From: Lama glama
Lineage: Eukaryota
NCBI GenBank assembly: GCA_028534125.1
Contig: CM052817.1
Coordinates: forward strand, 15,750,001-15,814,000
Length of the DNA stretch: 64,000 nt
Direction: 5' to 3'
Shown here one piece after another: positions 1 to 12,684 of the stretch. The translations under genes and the position numbers were made by a program. The notes beneath the pieces are model-generated. The model was not told where the DNA came from, made no database searches, and was given only the letters and a program-made list of their open reading frames with translations. Every line of letters starts with the position of its first letter. Position 1 is the first letter of the stretch.

Positions 1-793
1 TAACGTCTTTTCCCCCAGGGATTAATTCAGCCTTTGATTAAATCTTTCTGAGATTTAAATCATGGTGTTACAAACCTCCAAGGAGCGCCTCTGTGAGCTG
101 TGACCTTCTTTATTACCCTCTGCTGTTTGATAAAGCGCGAAGATTGATTTATAATAGTGTATCATGTGTTTGAAAACAAGGACTCGCAAGAAAGAATGGC
201 AGAATGTAAGATTAATACAAGTAACTATTGCAAAAAGGGACACCTTGGTTAAAATATTTTGTAATTAATACTGAGTTACAACTGTGTAGCTAGTAACAAC
301 TAGTGTCAAATGAGCACACTAACGCTCTTAGAGCTGTAAAATACAGCTGTAAAATGGTTAGCTAAATAATGCGACAGTGAAAACTGGCAACGCTGAAAAA
401 GAATTTTGAACTAATATCACATTGTATACTTTAAACAGATTTAGTGTGGAGGACTTCTGAATTGAAACAAGCTCCTTTTAAATAAACTGTTCATATCCAG
501 TGTTCACTTATTTTTGTCAGCCTAATTTTGGTTTCAATAATTATTTCACCATTAGTATCATCAAGGATGGAAGTGATTTAATGTTTGAGGACAACGTCAA
601 ATGAATCCTTTGTCTCTAATCAGGATGTTCCTCTACAAGACTAGCGGCTACTACTTTTTTTTTTTCCTTAAAAATCCCTCTTTACCCTCAAAAAGGTTTT
701 AAGGGCAAGGAGTTAGCCCTTAAAAAGGAAGACTTTTGTTATTCTATTGCCCTTTCTAATTCCAGCCAGAAGACTAAAAATGTTCTATACAGT

Positions 794-937
794 GGGGGAT
801 GGTATAGCTCAAATGGTAGAGTGCAGGCTTAGCATGCATGAGGTCCTGGTTTCAATCCCCAGTACCTCCTCTAAGAATAAGTAAATGAACCTGCTTACTT
901 CCCCCCAAAATTAAATTAAGTTAAATTAAATTAAAAA
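794..937 (+). mobile_element. tRNA-derived SINE (Vic-1-like, camelid type)
   Basis: A box TAGCTCAAATGG, B box GGTTTCAATCCC, (TTAAA)n tail; flanking direct repeat CTATACAGT at 785-793 and 941-949. Confidence 0.85.
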
Positions 938-1060
938 GTCCTATACAGTTTAAGCTCCAGTGGAAATAAGTTAGGATCTGAGGCTTATCCACTGAATCTC
1001 AGAAGTGCTTAGAATCCACCGCTGTAGATGAATGAAATATTTGGGCAAGATAATGGTAGA

Positions 1061-1236
1061 TTTTTTTTTTGTTGTTCCTAATCATTTATTTTTGTTTTGT
1101 TTTATTTTTTGTGCCTTTTTTATTGTAGTGTAGTCAGTTTACAATGTTGTGTCAATTTCTGATGTACAGCATAATGTTTCAGTCACATATATACATACAT
1201 ATATTTGTTTTCATATCCTTTTTCATTTTAGGTTAC
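1061..1236 (-). mobile_element. 5'-truncated L1 3' end
   Basis: TTTATTGTAGTGTAGTCAGTTTACAATGTTGTGTC resembles the L1 3' terminus at 14541; flanked by AATGGTAG repeats near 1052 and 1242. Confidence 0.75.
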
Positions 1237-2108
1237 TGATAAATGGTAGGTTTTTATTTTCTATTTTGATAAAATTATTGGCAAATCTCACAGTGGTATT
1301 AAATAGAAATAGAGTCATGGGAAGTGCCTCTTGCGTCATTTAGCAGATTTCAGTGTACTATTGATTGCTCTTTCACATTTCCAATAATTACGAACATTTT
1401 TTTTTCTGTAGGAGAAAGGGGGCCAGGGGCTGGGATATATTTAGCCCCCTTTCCTATTGCTAGGTTTATGCTGAATCTTGCAGTGTAAGCGGTTGGGCAT
1501 GGGGACTACTATCTGAAATCAGGGGAGGACAGAGCGCAAATAATGTATTCTCTGGCTTCTCAGTCACAAGGACCACCAGTCGCCTACGAGGCACAGTAGA
1601 CATCCTGACAATAAGTCGTATCAGCAGCTGTCTATCAGCTTCTCCCATATTTAACCTGATGACTTACATATGATGGAGGAGCGGGGAGGTGTATTCTGTT
1701 ACAAGTCTTCAAAAAATATTCAGTCCATTATAGTCAAATTGTTTCCTAAGCTGAATATTTAGCAGGTTTCTCACTAGAAGCAATGGCTTGGACTTAAAAG
1801 TCACACTTTCCAGGGTTAAGTACAAAAACAGAGCTCATCCATTTGATAAAGCCCCACGTCACTTCTTACAGAAATCACCACGTCCGCCTTTGCTGTTTGA
1901 AAGGAGACAAGGTAAAATACAGAAGGTGCACGTTACCTTAGAGCTGAAAGCCATCCATGAATATGGAAAAGAGGGGGAGGGGGAGGGAGATCCAGAGAGG
2001 AAATAGAATAATAATAAGCCAGTAATGTGTACTGATCTGAGAAACATGCCAGGAGTTTGGTTACGATAAATAAGAAAAGCAGAAGTAGATTTGAAACATT
2101 CGTTTCCC

Positions 2109-2114
2109 TTTATT
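2109..2114 (-). terminator. Distal polyadenylation signal AATAAA
   Basis: tttatt on plus; minus strand reads AATAAAGGGAAACGAATGTTTCAAATCTA then CTTCTGCTTTTCTTATTT; TGTA elements upstream. Confidence 0.8.
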
Positions 2115-5100
2115 AGCTCAGTGAGGCTGATGTGTACTGCACATTTAAAAAAAAAATCACAGGAATTTTCATACAATGAATAAAACCACAACAATACATG
2201 TAGAATTGGCAGGTGGAAAAAAAAAGCCCGGCAAGGGCTCAACTAATCGCTCACTTTCCCTCTTCAGCATAGTTCAACCAACAGTGTTACACTTTCACCT
2301 ACAAATCTTAAAGTAGCTCCATCAAATCAGCAGTTCACATTATTGAAAATGTCTGTCACATAGGTACAAATTTAGAATCATCACATTATATTACATGGCT
2401 ATTCTAGGTCATCTATAGATCAGGTCTTAGACTACAGTGATTGAAGTTCTCGTTACAGCCATCAAAAAAGGACACATAATCATTACCTACTGTAAGCTCA
2501 CATCTAAAGGCATGAAAAGGTTTCCTTTTTTTTTTTTCCAACTGACCCAACCATCACACCCCAATAGTGCAAAGTTCCCTCTCTGCTGCTTTGAATGTTG
2601 ACAGCCCAAGCGTTGCTCTCGGAGTCGTTTAGCAAAAATTGGTTTTGCTACACTGGAAGAATTATTCTGCTACATCTCTTTAAAAAAAAAAAAAAAAGAA
2701 AAAACCCACATTTCTAAAGCACCAGTTCAGTTACCAAAATTGAAGATGTGGTACTTACCACAGCATGAAGGCAATGGCCCGGGGTCATCTAAAAATCCTA
2801 CAGATCTATGCTGAAATTTGCCTCCAGGGATGATGGGGTGCATGTGTTCATTTGAAATATTCTCTCAGAAAAAAAAAAATTAAAAACAAAAATAAAAGAA
2901 ACACAGTTTACATTTTGATGGGTTACCCACAGTGTCTGCATAAGATACAAAAGCTTTGTTTGGAGGGTTTAGCGATTCTCCCTCTGCACTGCTTTTAGAT
3001 GTAATTTGAAGTCCATGGAGGAAAACTATCTTCATGGTAACAGTATTTGTCAGGCCAGAAGAGGGGATAAAGTCACCTCCATCATGAAATCTGTAGTGTT
3101 GTCTTTTGATAGGTAAGAAAAGAAACCAAATATTTCACTCATGTCAACAATCCAGGGCAAAAAGGAGAATGGATTTAAACTTGGATCACAAAAATTTAAA
3201 GGCAAAATAGAGAACACATCTGGTCCTTAAACACATAATATGATTTACTAAATATCAATTTCTTAAAAATAATTTATTGCTCTTAATAGTCTTTTTTTTT
3301 ATTCTTATTCTACAACAGAAGATACTCAAAATTCAGAAAGAAAGACTGTAAACTTTAGTTTGGCGTTCACACAGAGTTAAAATACCTGCATTTAACCTAC
3401 AGAACGACAAGAATTAGGCGGATTAAAGATGTGTTACTGTCGTAACGCAGAACCTGTGAACAAGTTCTTTTATTTCATAGTATCTTATTGCTTTCTATCT
3501 ACTTAGAAAGAAGAAGCCAAAAAACCAAGCAAGCATCCGACAGGACAGACAGTGGATTCACTCAGAACACAATATGCTGGTGATAAATGAATGCAGCTGT
3601 CAAAATTAGCTGCATCGGCCGGGGTGGGAGTGGGGGGGTGAAATCCATTTGATAAGATCTTGTGGGTCGAGAGAAAGGAAAAGAAGGATTAAGGATTAAG
3701 AAGTAGGTATATCGTGTCTTCCAGAAAAGTCATGTTGGCCAAACTGTAATTGAATCTCAATTTAGAAACTTGAATACACACTCCAAACTTTAGCGACTTC
3801 CATTCCAGGGGCTCCACACTCAGAGGAAATCCTGATGCTCAAAAATGGAGGTTTTTCTGAAGTTTTTTATTGAATTTAGCAGAAGCAATGTCATCAAGAA
3901 CAACATCATGGTCACGTCAGAGGCCATGCTAGTGCAAGTAGAAACACTGCTTCTGCAAAAGCTGAATTTCCCAAATGAAACACTTAAACCCCAACCTGAC
4001 AATTGCCATGCATCCTAGGTAGAAAATTTCCACTGGCTTTATTATTTTCATCATCTCATAATTTATAATAAATAGGCTATCTGCAACTGATAAATATGTC
4101 TCTTTAGTAAACAAAGGAATGAAATATCAGTATTTATACAGGATGCATAACTATAAAAAATACAGATAAATACCATCATCATACTCTGCCAAGGGAAAGA
4201 GATACTGGCTTCAAAGATAGTCTTCAGACACACATTAATTATTGTAAAAATCATACTGTAATTATTACCTCAGCATTTTGTATCAAATTAAAATCACAAA
4301 AATTAAAACAAAACAGCATTTTAAAAAGATTTTTGACCTCTAGTTTCAAAACTACTGTTGATAGAGAAAATAAAAACATTTCTTAATGGTTACCCATTGA
4401 GAGACTTTACATAAAATCATGATATCTTCTAGAAAAATTTTAGATGAGAAAATTTCATTCCCCTAACAAATCCAGTGTATAAAACTTCAAAGAAAAACAA
4501 GCAACAAGAAAATGTGGAAAAATATCGCATAAGTTGTTAATACCTTTAGGGGACTAGGATATTTTTTGACAAGATGCTTAGATCAAAGCTCACCTAAGAA
4601 GGGATGGTTGTGCAAAAAGCATCAATTTGTTGTTGCTGCACTCAATGGACACACACACTGTCCTTTTTTTTTAACAATCAAATATATATAAGCGATAAGT
4701 TCAGCTTCTAAATATGTTAGTGTACAGTAATTGTTTCACCTCATAATTACATTTGAATACTCTTGATTAAGAAAAATTTAGCAGTTTGGAAAAGAAGGCT
4801 GCATTTACAGTGCATAGCTGTAACAAAAAAAGAACATCATTGTATAATAGTATGTACACAAAATAAAAATACTCCATTTAACATCTGTAAATACTTAACT
4901 ACGTCAGAGAATGTAGCCATTACACTATCTGAACACATCCCGGAGAGTTCTACCCAACTCTCATCAGTAATGTAACACCGTGCTCGCTCCTCAGAAAGAA
5001 CCACTGAGCAAGCTGCAAGCTTGACCATTGACAAGGCTTTTGAAATTTGCAGTGGAAGATCAACATCTTGGACATTTACATGGGTGTCAGGATAAAGGAC

Positions 5101-5199
5101 GAACTACAGGAACTTCAAAATGTTAGGAAAGTTTAGCATTCCAGTGCCCGCAGTATCCTCTCCCACCCAGATTCCATGGCAAAAGGAAAAAGGAAAAAA

Positions 5200-5262
5200 A
5201 GAAGAGGCAGAGAGAGGAAGAGGCAGAGAGAGAAAGAGAAGGAGAGAGAGAGAAAGAGAGAA
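5200..5262. repeat. GA-rich purine tract in the 3' UTR (CU-rich in the mRNA)
   Basis: GAGAGAGGAAGAGGCAGAGAGAGAAAGAGAAGGAGAGAGAGAG. Confidence 0.85.
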
Positions 5263-5622
5263 AGGATATTAGTTCTACAGAACCTGCGGTTTCTTCGGGA
5301 TTGTCATATAATTGTTATGTTACGAGAGAAAGCTTGCTTCAAGTTGATTCTGTACTTTCTTTAAAAAACAGAGTACGGAGGCTGATGCCCAGACGTCAGT
5401 GGCTGTCATTTTAGGGTGGCTTGTGGTTGGTTGGTTAGTTTTCTTTCCTTTTGAATTTACGCATTTTTTTTTCCTTTTGAATAGAATAGGAACATTTTGA
5501 AGTTCTAGGTTTTAAGTGTGTCTTCATGGAACTGCTGCCATTTGAAGTGGTTTGCCTTTGCAAGCTCTGGTCAGGTGCCCCCAGTCCCCACCTGTACATA
5601 CAGACTTCCCCCAAACCAGGCA

Positions 5623-5624
<2 letters not shown>

Positions 5625-5660
<36 letters not shown>
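5625..5660. repeat. (CA)18 microsatellite in the 3' UTR
   Basis: Perfect CA run, directly visible. Confidence 0.95.
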
Positions 5661-5666
<6 letters not shown>

Positions 5667-5957
5667 AACATACACTCCATCACCAAGAGACTCAGGGAAA
5701 GCGAAACTGACACCAGGAATAAACATGTGCTTACTGGATATCCATTCTGTCTCTTGCCTCTTCAGCAGCTGTGTTCATGTAAACCATTGTTGTTGTTCTT
5801 CTTGTATTGTTGTTGTTTTGTTTTGTTTTGTTTTTTTGTACAGAGAGTGTAAAGCAGGAGAAATTCCTAAGTCGGACTTGCAATAGTCTGTTAGGGAAAG
5901 ACGCGCTGTCCCGTGAGGTATTCACCGTTTCTCTGTCATCCTCAGCCAGGGAACATG

Positions 5958-6061
5958 TTACCTGCGCAAGCTTCTCTGAGCTTCCTTCAGTAAACTATCG
6001 AAATCCAGAGAGTCATACTTGCTCTTGGTGGAAGCAGGGTCAAAGTCATCTGAGTTTGAAT
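5958..6061 (-). CDS. PPARGC1A: PPARGC1A exon 13 coding part with stop codon
   Basis: Translates (D)SNSDDFDPASTKSKYDSLDFDSLLKEAQRSLRR-TAA (stop 5958-5960); acceptor TCTTTCAG. Confidence 0.98.
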
Positions 6062-9000
6062 CTGAAAGAAACCCAAGCCAGGTTAGATGTACCCTTGGCT
6101 GACGGTCATTAGCTCAATCCTCTCATTTAGGATGACCTGATTCAATAGCAACCTATCCAAAGGTTAGGTTTTAAAAGTGTATACACTTTTAAAAATATGC
6201 CCAACTTTTATTTGTATGTGGTATTGAAGTGCACATATATAATGCATATATATACAGATATACATTTGCAGAAAGTATTTATATGTATGCACATTAACAT
6301 GTATAGACATTTGCGTAAGGTATTTATATGGCACTGGTATATATATCAATATTTTAATTAATTCGTTTATCAAAAATTTATATTTATTTATTTATATATT
6401 TATACCAAATGTATATATTTGTAGAGGGTAAGGAGTGGTGAGCATTCAAAACACTCATCTACGGACTCATTTTAGACTTAAATGCTCCTGGGAGGTAATC
6501 AGAACTGGCTTTAATATTTCTTTTCAGTAGCAACTTATGCAATCAATATGCTTTAAAAATAAGCCTCTTCCCCGTTCCTGGCCTGTTCAATGACCTACCC
6601 AAGGCTCCTCAGAAGCTTAGTTGGAGAGGCAAAAGTAGAAGCTAGGGCTGATTTTCCTATCCAATGGGACGGATTTCATTGAGCACAAAGGCCAGCTGAG
6701 TAGAAGAGAGAATCCTCAGAGCCTTAGCCACTCATCACACTGCTGCTCTCCTCTGAAGCAGGAGGGACAGCTGGTCCTGTCATGGACTCCAGTACCATGA
6801 TGGACCCCAGCAACAGTGGCACAAGTTCTCTCCCAATTACAAGGTTTAGGCAAACGCCTCATGTCCAGAGAGGGCAAATTCAGCCTCTTTACTCATTAAT
6901 AGGAGAGGAAAAATACGCAAGTGTGACGAAACTAGTCCATGTAAGCTTTTGTGTAAAGCTCCACGTGCTCCATCAAACAGCCTTTAACAAAGTGATGTAT
7001 TTCAGCCATGTTGGAGGTAAAGTAAAATTCTGTTAAATATTTCTGATTTTTCTCCATTGACATCTTTGAAAAAAGTCAAATATATCTGCTGGGCTTTTGG
7101 CTTGAGAAAGAGCATCTTAGAAATAGAATAGAAAGCCTCTTGCAGACACATTCATTCTTCTGAAAGCACTTACTTTAAAGGATGACAGAACCTTTCCAAG
7201 AAATATTAACTCCTACTAAAATACGAATATTTCTATGTTTTACCCAGATTAAGTTACAAAATAGAAATGCTCAAAGTGACAGAAAAGTCTAATACTAGAT
7301 AACATGGAGACAAGTCGCTGACCTCACAAGCAGTTCTGCTGGAAAGGCTGCAAACCCTTCAAGCTCTCGAGAACCAGGCTGATACCCCGCCCCCCAGCTT
7401 CAATCTATTTCGGATTTAAAGACATCTTAGATTTAAAGACAAGGAAATTTCTTCACTTTTTTTTTTTGAATTTTCACCATCCCTTGTCTTTCCTGCCTTC
7501 CTTTTTTTAGGTAAGACAAACAATTACAGTCTGCCTCAGACATTAAATAAAATAGGACAAAAATGGCCAATCTTTCCTCATTAAAATTTTAAATGGTCAA
7601 TCTTAAATTACACTGACTTATCCCTTTCTCTTCATAGCCTAATGCATAGTTTCCTTATATAACTAAAGCTTCATGAACAGCTGTTGTTCAAATCAAATTT
7701 TTCTGTGTGTAGAGACAAAAAAAAAAAAAAAAACAACTTCTGCTCCTTGCTAGGGATTAGCCTGAAATCAGAATCCCACTTGCATTGTAGATGAAGACAG
7801 CATAGTCTTCCACTGACAGGAGTCTGAGTCACATAAAGTCAGTACAGAACTTTCAAGAACATATATGTGTATCTTTGCTTGGAGGAAAATTTGAGAATAT
7901 TTAAAATGTCTTAATTTTGGATTATTCTACATGAAACCCAGAATTTCAGTGTTTCTCTATTCTCATTAGCAAATACTAAAAACCTTTTGATACAGTGGTT
8001 CTCCAGTTTGTTCACCGTGAAGCAGTTTGGTTGATGCTTACAAATTTGCCAGCTCTCATGGGCATACTATGTCAGAAGGCACCCACAGCATCTTTTCTGT
8101 TGCTTGAAGACAGAATGTGTTTATGTGCAACTCCTGAGGCAATAAATCCCTCCACTCCTTTCTCTCCACTAAAGGAACGATATTGCAAAACAACTAAGAT
8201 AGAATAAAAATGTTACAGGAATAATCTGAAAGGCACTCTAAGAATTGTTTAAAAATTATTATAAATAAGAATAATGGATTAAGAGAAACAAGTCACATCA
8301 CAACTGTCTTCCTAGCACCTAGAAAATCTTTGGCACAAAGTAGGTACTCAAATTAATATTTGTTGAATGAATGTATTTACCTTGAATGCCAGCATATTAT
8401 AAAAACTAGGATTGAAAATACTTCTGTTGGGATCTGGGGTTGATTTATCAATGAATGGCAAGGGTTTATGTAAAGTTATGTATATGTTCAACGTGATGAT
8501 AATGTAATGCTTATCTTGGAGTTAATAAAGAATTTGTGACCAATATGTTATTTAATTTTTCTTATATGTTTAAGTTACACACCATAACTAGTTCGTGATC
8601 AAAATGATCATATTCTGAGTACTGACCTATCCTTCTATTCTGACCCCTATGGTCCTAATTTACTTTTGCTCTTTCCTCTTTAAGATTTTTTGTCAAGCTC
8701 TTGCAAGTGGAAAGATCCATCTGTTTATAAGACAGTAAATAAAAGACACACAGATTACAGATTTACAGAAACCAGATTTAAATACTGGCTTCATCATGGT
8801 AAGCCTGGTCATCTCTTCGAATTCTGAGTCCCATTTATAAATCTGGCTCATAAACAGTCACTGGAATCACTGCGTTTTATATTAATTTATTTTAATAGTA
8901 TTGTAGCAACTGCTAAGTGGCTGTACAAGAAGAGAAATGGGATGTATGAGCTCAATATGGGAAAGCAGAAAAAAAGAAAAAAAATGGGTAAAATCTATCT

Positions 9001-9289
9001 AAGACAATAGGTCTCTTTACTTTTGGTAGAATTAATTGGTATCACATCATTTTCACTTTGGACATACACGTAAGCTCCCAGTCCCTCGAAGAGTCCAGTA
9101 TATGCTCATGTGCACCTTATTCAATGTTCATAGCCCGAAGCACTAAAGTTGACCTCTTCAGGGAATAAAGACAAGACACATATGATGCTGACCAGTTCCC
9201 AAGCTAGTCCCCTGGTATTGATTCTTCCATTTAAAATTAACCTAAAGTTTCTAACTTCTTCTCATTACCATCTTTTAAAAAAATTATTA

Positions 9290-9510
9290 TTATTATAGCA
9301 ACTATGTATTAAGAACGTATTTTATGTCAGACCCTGTGCTAAGGGCTTCGCAAACATGCATTTAATCTTCACAACAACATTAGAAGGTATTTCACAAATG
9401 AAGAACCAGAAGCAGAGGGAGCTTAATTGCTCAAGGTCAGAAGCTAACTCAGGTTTCAAAACCAGGCCTGCAAGATTCCAAAGCCAAGGCACTCTCCACT
9501 ACACCATGCC
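9290..9510 (-). mobile_element. MIR
   Basis: CATTTAATCTTCACAACAAC...ATTTCACAAATGAAGAACCAGAAGCAGAG...CTCAAGGTCA, MIR core in antisense. Confidence 0.7.
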
Positions 9511-10339
9511 TACGCTCAGATCGACTACCCTTCCTGCAACTGTAAGGCTGGAGGGAACTGGAAAAAACCCATGATACTACAATGCACATCAAACACACTT
9601 TTCAGAAAATACAGAGCTCGCCTGGCAATGGCAGAGATTCCACTGCCGCTGGTTAGGCAGAGATAATGAGGAAGGAAGCATTCTTCTTAGAAATGTTTCA
9701 GGAAGGCTCCAGTTCAATTTGGAAAGCCCATCCAATCCTCCCTCTCCCAGTGATAAATTGTGATCTAAAGGCCCCTCTAGGTAGCTCATTTTAAACTCTA
9801 GATGTTTTGAGAGACTAGGAAACACCCTGGCCTTCATCACTGAAGAAAATAAGTCAAATCAACTCAAGACTTCAATCTGTCTTGACTGTTTTTATCAGCC
9901 AACATTTGAACAAATGACTTGCCACCTTTTATATCTTCATCCCGAGGCCTCTGTCTCTCCAACAGTCAGCTGCCTCCCCCCTGCTCCACACTGTCTATTC
10001 AGCTTGTGAAGTGAATCACAGCATATCCCCCTGAACAATGCACCACACTTGCATCAGTTACTCTAGGAAAAGACGTCACTTCGGTGGAAGGAAGAAAAAA
10101 AAAATCCCTGTATTTGGTATTCATTTTATTTTCTTTAAGCCAAAGCAAATGTAGATAGACACATAATAGTACTTAGGAACAGATTCTTCTGTTAATTTCA
10201 TAATTATTTTTATAAATTGATTTAAAATAATTCTGTTATATGCACAAGACATTTGGCATTTTCCTTCCTTTCATTAAGAGATTTAAAGGTTTACAACACA
10301 CACATTACATAGGGAATAATACAAAGAGGAACAAAATTG

Positions 10340-10562
10340 AAATTGAAAAGGAAATCAAGATGTCCATTGTGGCCTTATTTATAATATCAAAAGTTGAAAA
10401 CATGTTTAGCTGCAATGGAATGATTAAACATAGTGGTACTAACAGAATACCATACAGCCATTAAAATATATTGGTAAATTATCTTTAATCCTGTGAATCA
10501 CAGTGGAAAATGAACTTGTAGAATAATAATTGAGAAAAGTAAAGTTTTAAAGTATTTATGTA

Positions 10563-10598
<36 letters not shown>

Positions 10599-10790
10599 AT
10601 GACCCCAACTATAAGAAATTAGACATTCTGAGACAAAATACTGGACTGTAAATCACACATGAGGTAATAGAGGTTATCTCTAGGTGATAGGCTGACAGGT
10701 AATTTTACTATTTTTCTGGATATCTTTTTATATTTTCTAAATTTTACCTCTTGAGTCTATACAAATTTGATGACAGAAAAAAATGAATAC
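10340..10790 (+). mobile_element. Old L1M(E)-type 3' fragment containing a (TG)n(TA)n microsatellite
   Basis: GATGTCCATTGTGGCCTTATTTATAATATCAAAA...CATACAGCCATTAAAA...GGTTATCTCTAGGTG. Confidence 0.6.
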
Positions 10791-10793
10791 TTA

Positions 10794-10935
10794 TCTATGC
10801 TTCAGTTTCCTTATCTGTAAAATGGGGATGATAATAATAATATCCACTTCTGAGGATAGTTCTGGTAATTAAATGAGAAAAATGCTGGCAAAGCTTTGGC
10901 ACAGTGCCTAGCATATGGAAGCACTCAAAAAATAA
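10794..10935 (+). mobile_element. MIR
   Basis: CTTCAGTTTCCTTATCTGTAAAATGGGGATGATAAT...TTAAATGAGA...ACAGTGCCTAGCA. Confidence 0.85.
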
Positions 10936-11159
10936 CAGGCTTTTTTTTCCTTCTTTAAAACAAAAGAAAGTATAATGTGATTTAGCATATGAAATTTTAT
11001 TTTTTCCTCTCAGAGTGTAATTTGTAGAAAATGTTAACATTTCTAAGAGTTTGTGAGATAAGAAGGGAAAAAGGATTTTTGCATATTCTCTTCTGCAGAG
11101 CAGTGATGCCAATGCTGTAGTTTGTGCAAAAGGATTCAGGGCAGGCACAGAAAGCAACA

Positions 11160-11304
11160 GCAAATTACAAACAAACACAAAGACGTATACACATATACAC
11201 ACCCTAAACACAGGCAGGCACACTATACCACACATACACACAGCATATGCACACACAAAACATAACACACCACACACACACACAAGCACACACACACACA
11301 AACA
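11160..11304. repeat. Degenerate CA-rich low-complexity tract
   Basis: Interrupted (CA)n runs in intron 12. Confidence 0.8.
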
Positions 11305-11547
11305 GTGCAGAAGTTCATCATTGGGCAGACAGTAGAAAGAATGTGCTTCTGCTCTTTGTTGCCAAAACTTAAGCATCCTGCTTCTGAAGCGGTCTTGTGG
11401 GTTAAAAAACAGGATAAAATCTGTGTTCAAATATTCTTGCTAGTAAAATTAAGTGATCAGCCAACCCAGCGTGCCTCCGGTTTACACATGCTTCCATTTG
11501 AGCTCTGCATTATGGATTCCTCATCCCATGTACAGTGAAATCCATAC

Positions 11548-11699
11548 CTAGGTCTGCATAGTTAGACTTGAAAAATTGCTTGCGTCCACAAAAGTACAGC
11601 TCGAAGTCAGTTTCATTTGACCTGCGCAAAGTGTATCCATTTTCAACAGCAGCAAAAGCATCACAGGTATAACGGTAGGTAATGAAACCATAGCTGTCT
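11548..11699 (-). CDS. PPARGC1A: PPARGC1A exon 12 (152 bp), RRM C-terminal half
   Basis: Translates DSYGFITYRYTCDAFAAVENGYTLRRSNETDFELYFCGRKQFFKSNYADL; acceptor TTGCAG, donor GTATGG. Confidence 0.98.
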
Positions 11700-12029
11700 C
11701 TGCAATGGACAAAGAAGAGGAGTTCAGAGAGGCGAGGCAGTATTAGCATAAACGACTGTAACCCCTTCTACTTCGAAGACTTCACCGGTGCCAGCGTCTG
11801 AACCACTGCATCCATTTATCAGTGTGATTGTCCTGTCAAGCAGTTAAATACTTATTTCTGGGACAGGAAATCTCAACTAGAAAGATTAATAAATAGGGAT
11901 GAAAGAAAATAAATAAGGTTCTGAACTCAACATGTCATCTGTCAAAGCATTCCCATCTTAGTAATCTTATGGCCATAATTTTTTACATATGTCAGCTTCT
12001 AAACAAGAAATAATCTTGAAGATTCTCAC

Positions 12030-12151
12030 CCATCATCCCGGAGATTTACTGTGCACTCCTCAATTTCACCAAAAACTTCAAAACGGTCCCTCAGTTCTGT
12101 CCGTGTTGTGTCAGGTCTGATTTTACCAACATAAATCACACGGCGTTCTTC
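12030..12151 (-). CDS. PPARGC1A: PPARGC1A exon 11 (122 bp), RRM N-terminal half
   Basis: Translates EERRVIYVGKIRPDTTRTELRDRFEVFGEIEECTVNLRDDG; acceptor CCCCTAG, donor GTGAGA. Confidence 0.98.
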
Positions 12152-12588
12152 CTAGGGGGGGAAAGTGAGGGGAGACTTGCTAGTTCTGGAGACAGGAAAG
12201 AAGTTGAATACTAGAAACATTCACAAAGGTACAACGCATGCATAACAAGAACCCCCCAGAGCATGCCGATTAAAGCAAAACGCACACACAAACAACGAAA
12301 GACTGTACTTGAGCCAAGTTTTACTTTCTATTTCTCTCTTTCTCACATGCACTCTCCTCTGTTTTTCCTATCCATCCCTGTTCCTTTGTCACATGAAATT
12401 TAATGTATTGTAAAAGTAATATGTGTAACGCCATCTTTTTATCCCTGAGTAGCTGAACCATACCTATTAAATATTTTTTAACACTTGTGACTTGATTATT
12501 CTTCAAAATTGGTAAAAAACTGACCTGGCTTGCAAAACTGTTTACTTTCTCATTAACTCATAATTTTAATAATAGATGTACAAATTTT

Positions 12589-12656
12589 TTCAGTTCCATT
12601 GACAAATAGTTGACATACATGACTGTATAATTTTAAGGTGTACAGCATGATAGTTT
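12589..12656 (-). mobile_element. Tiny L1 3'-end insertion
   Basis: L1-like TAGTTGACATACA...TTTAAGGTGTACAGCATGAT between exact 14-bp repeats GATGTACAAATTTT (12575-12588, 12657-12670). Confidence 0.7.
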
Positions 12657-12684
12657 GATGTACAAATTTTGACACCCCTCAAAA

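Larger units (their letters stand above)
2086..5957 (-). other. PPARGC1A: PPARGC1A 3' UTR (~3.9 kb)
   Basis: No interspersed repeats seen; U-rich on the minus strand; runs from the stop to an AATAAA followed by a U-rich element; cleavage site approximate. Confidence 0.8.

Noticed and set aside
794..870. tRNA-Ala-like gene
   Set aside because: Has a SINE body, AT-rich tail, TSD and two diverged paralogs in the window; it is a SINE head, not a tRNA.
5176..6112. Overlapping ORFs with HTHT/CVCV/RERK runs
   Set aside because: Translations of 3' UTR microsatellites and the antisense strand of exon 13.
9431..9439. ERRE TCAAGGTCA in intron 12
   Set aside because: Lies within a MIR, where similar sequence is part of the consensus.
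10795..11430. 211-aa ORF on the minus strand
   Set aside because: Made of a TG-rich low-complexity tract plus antisense MIR (PHFTDKETEA); no coding signature.
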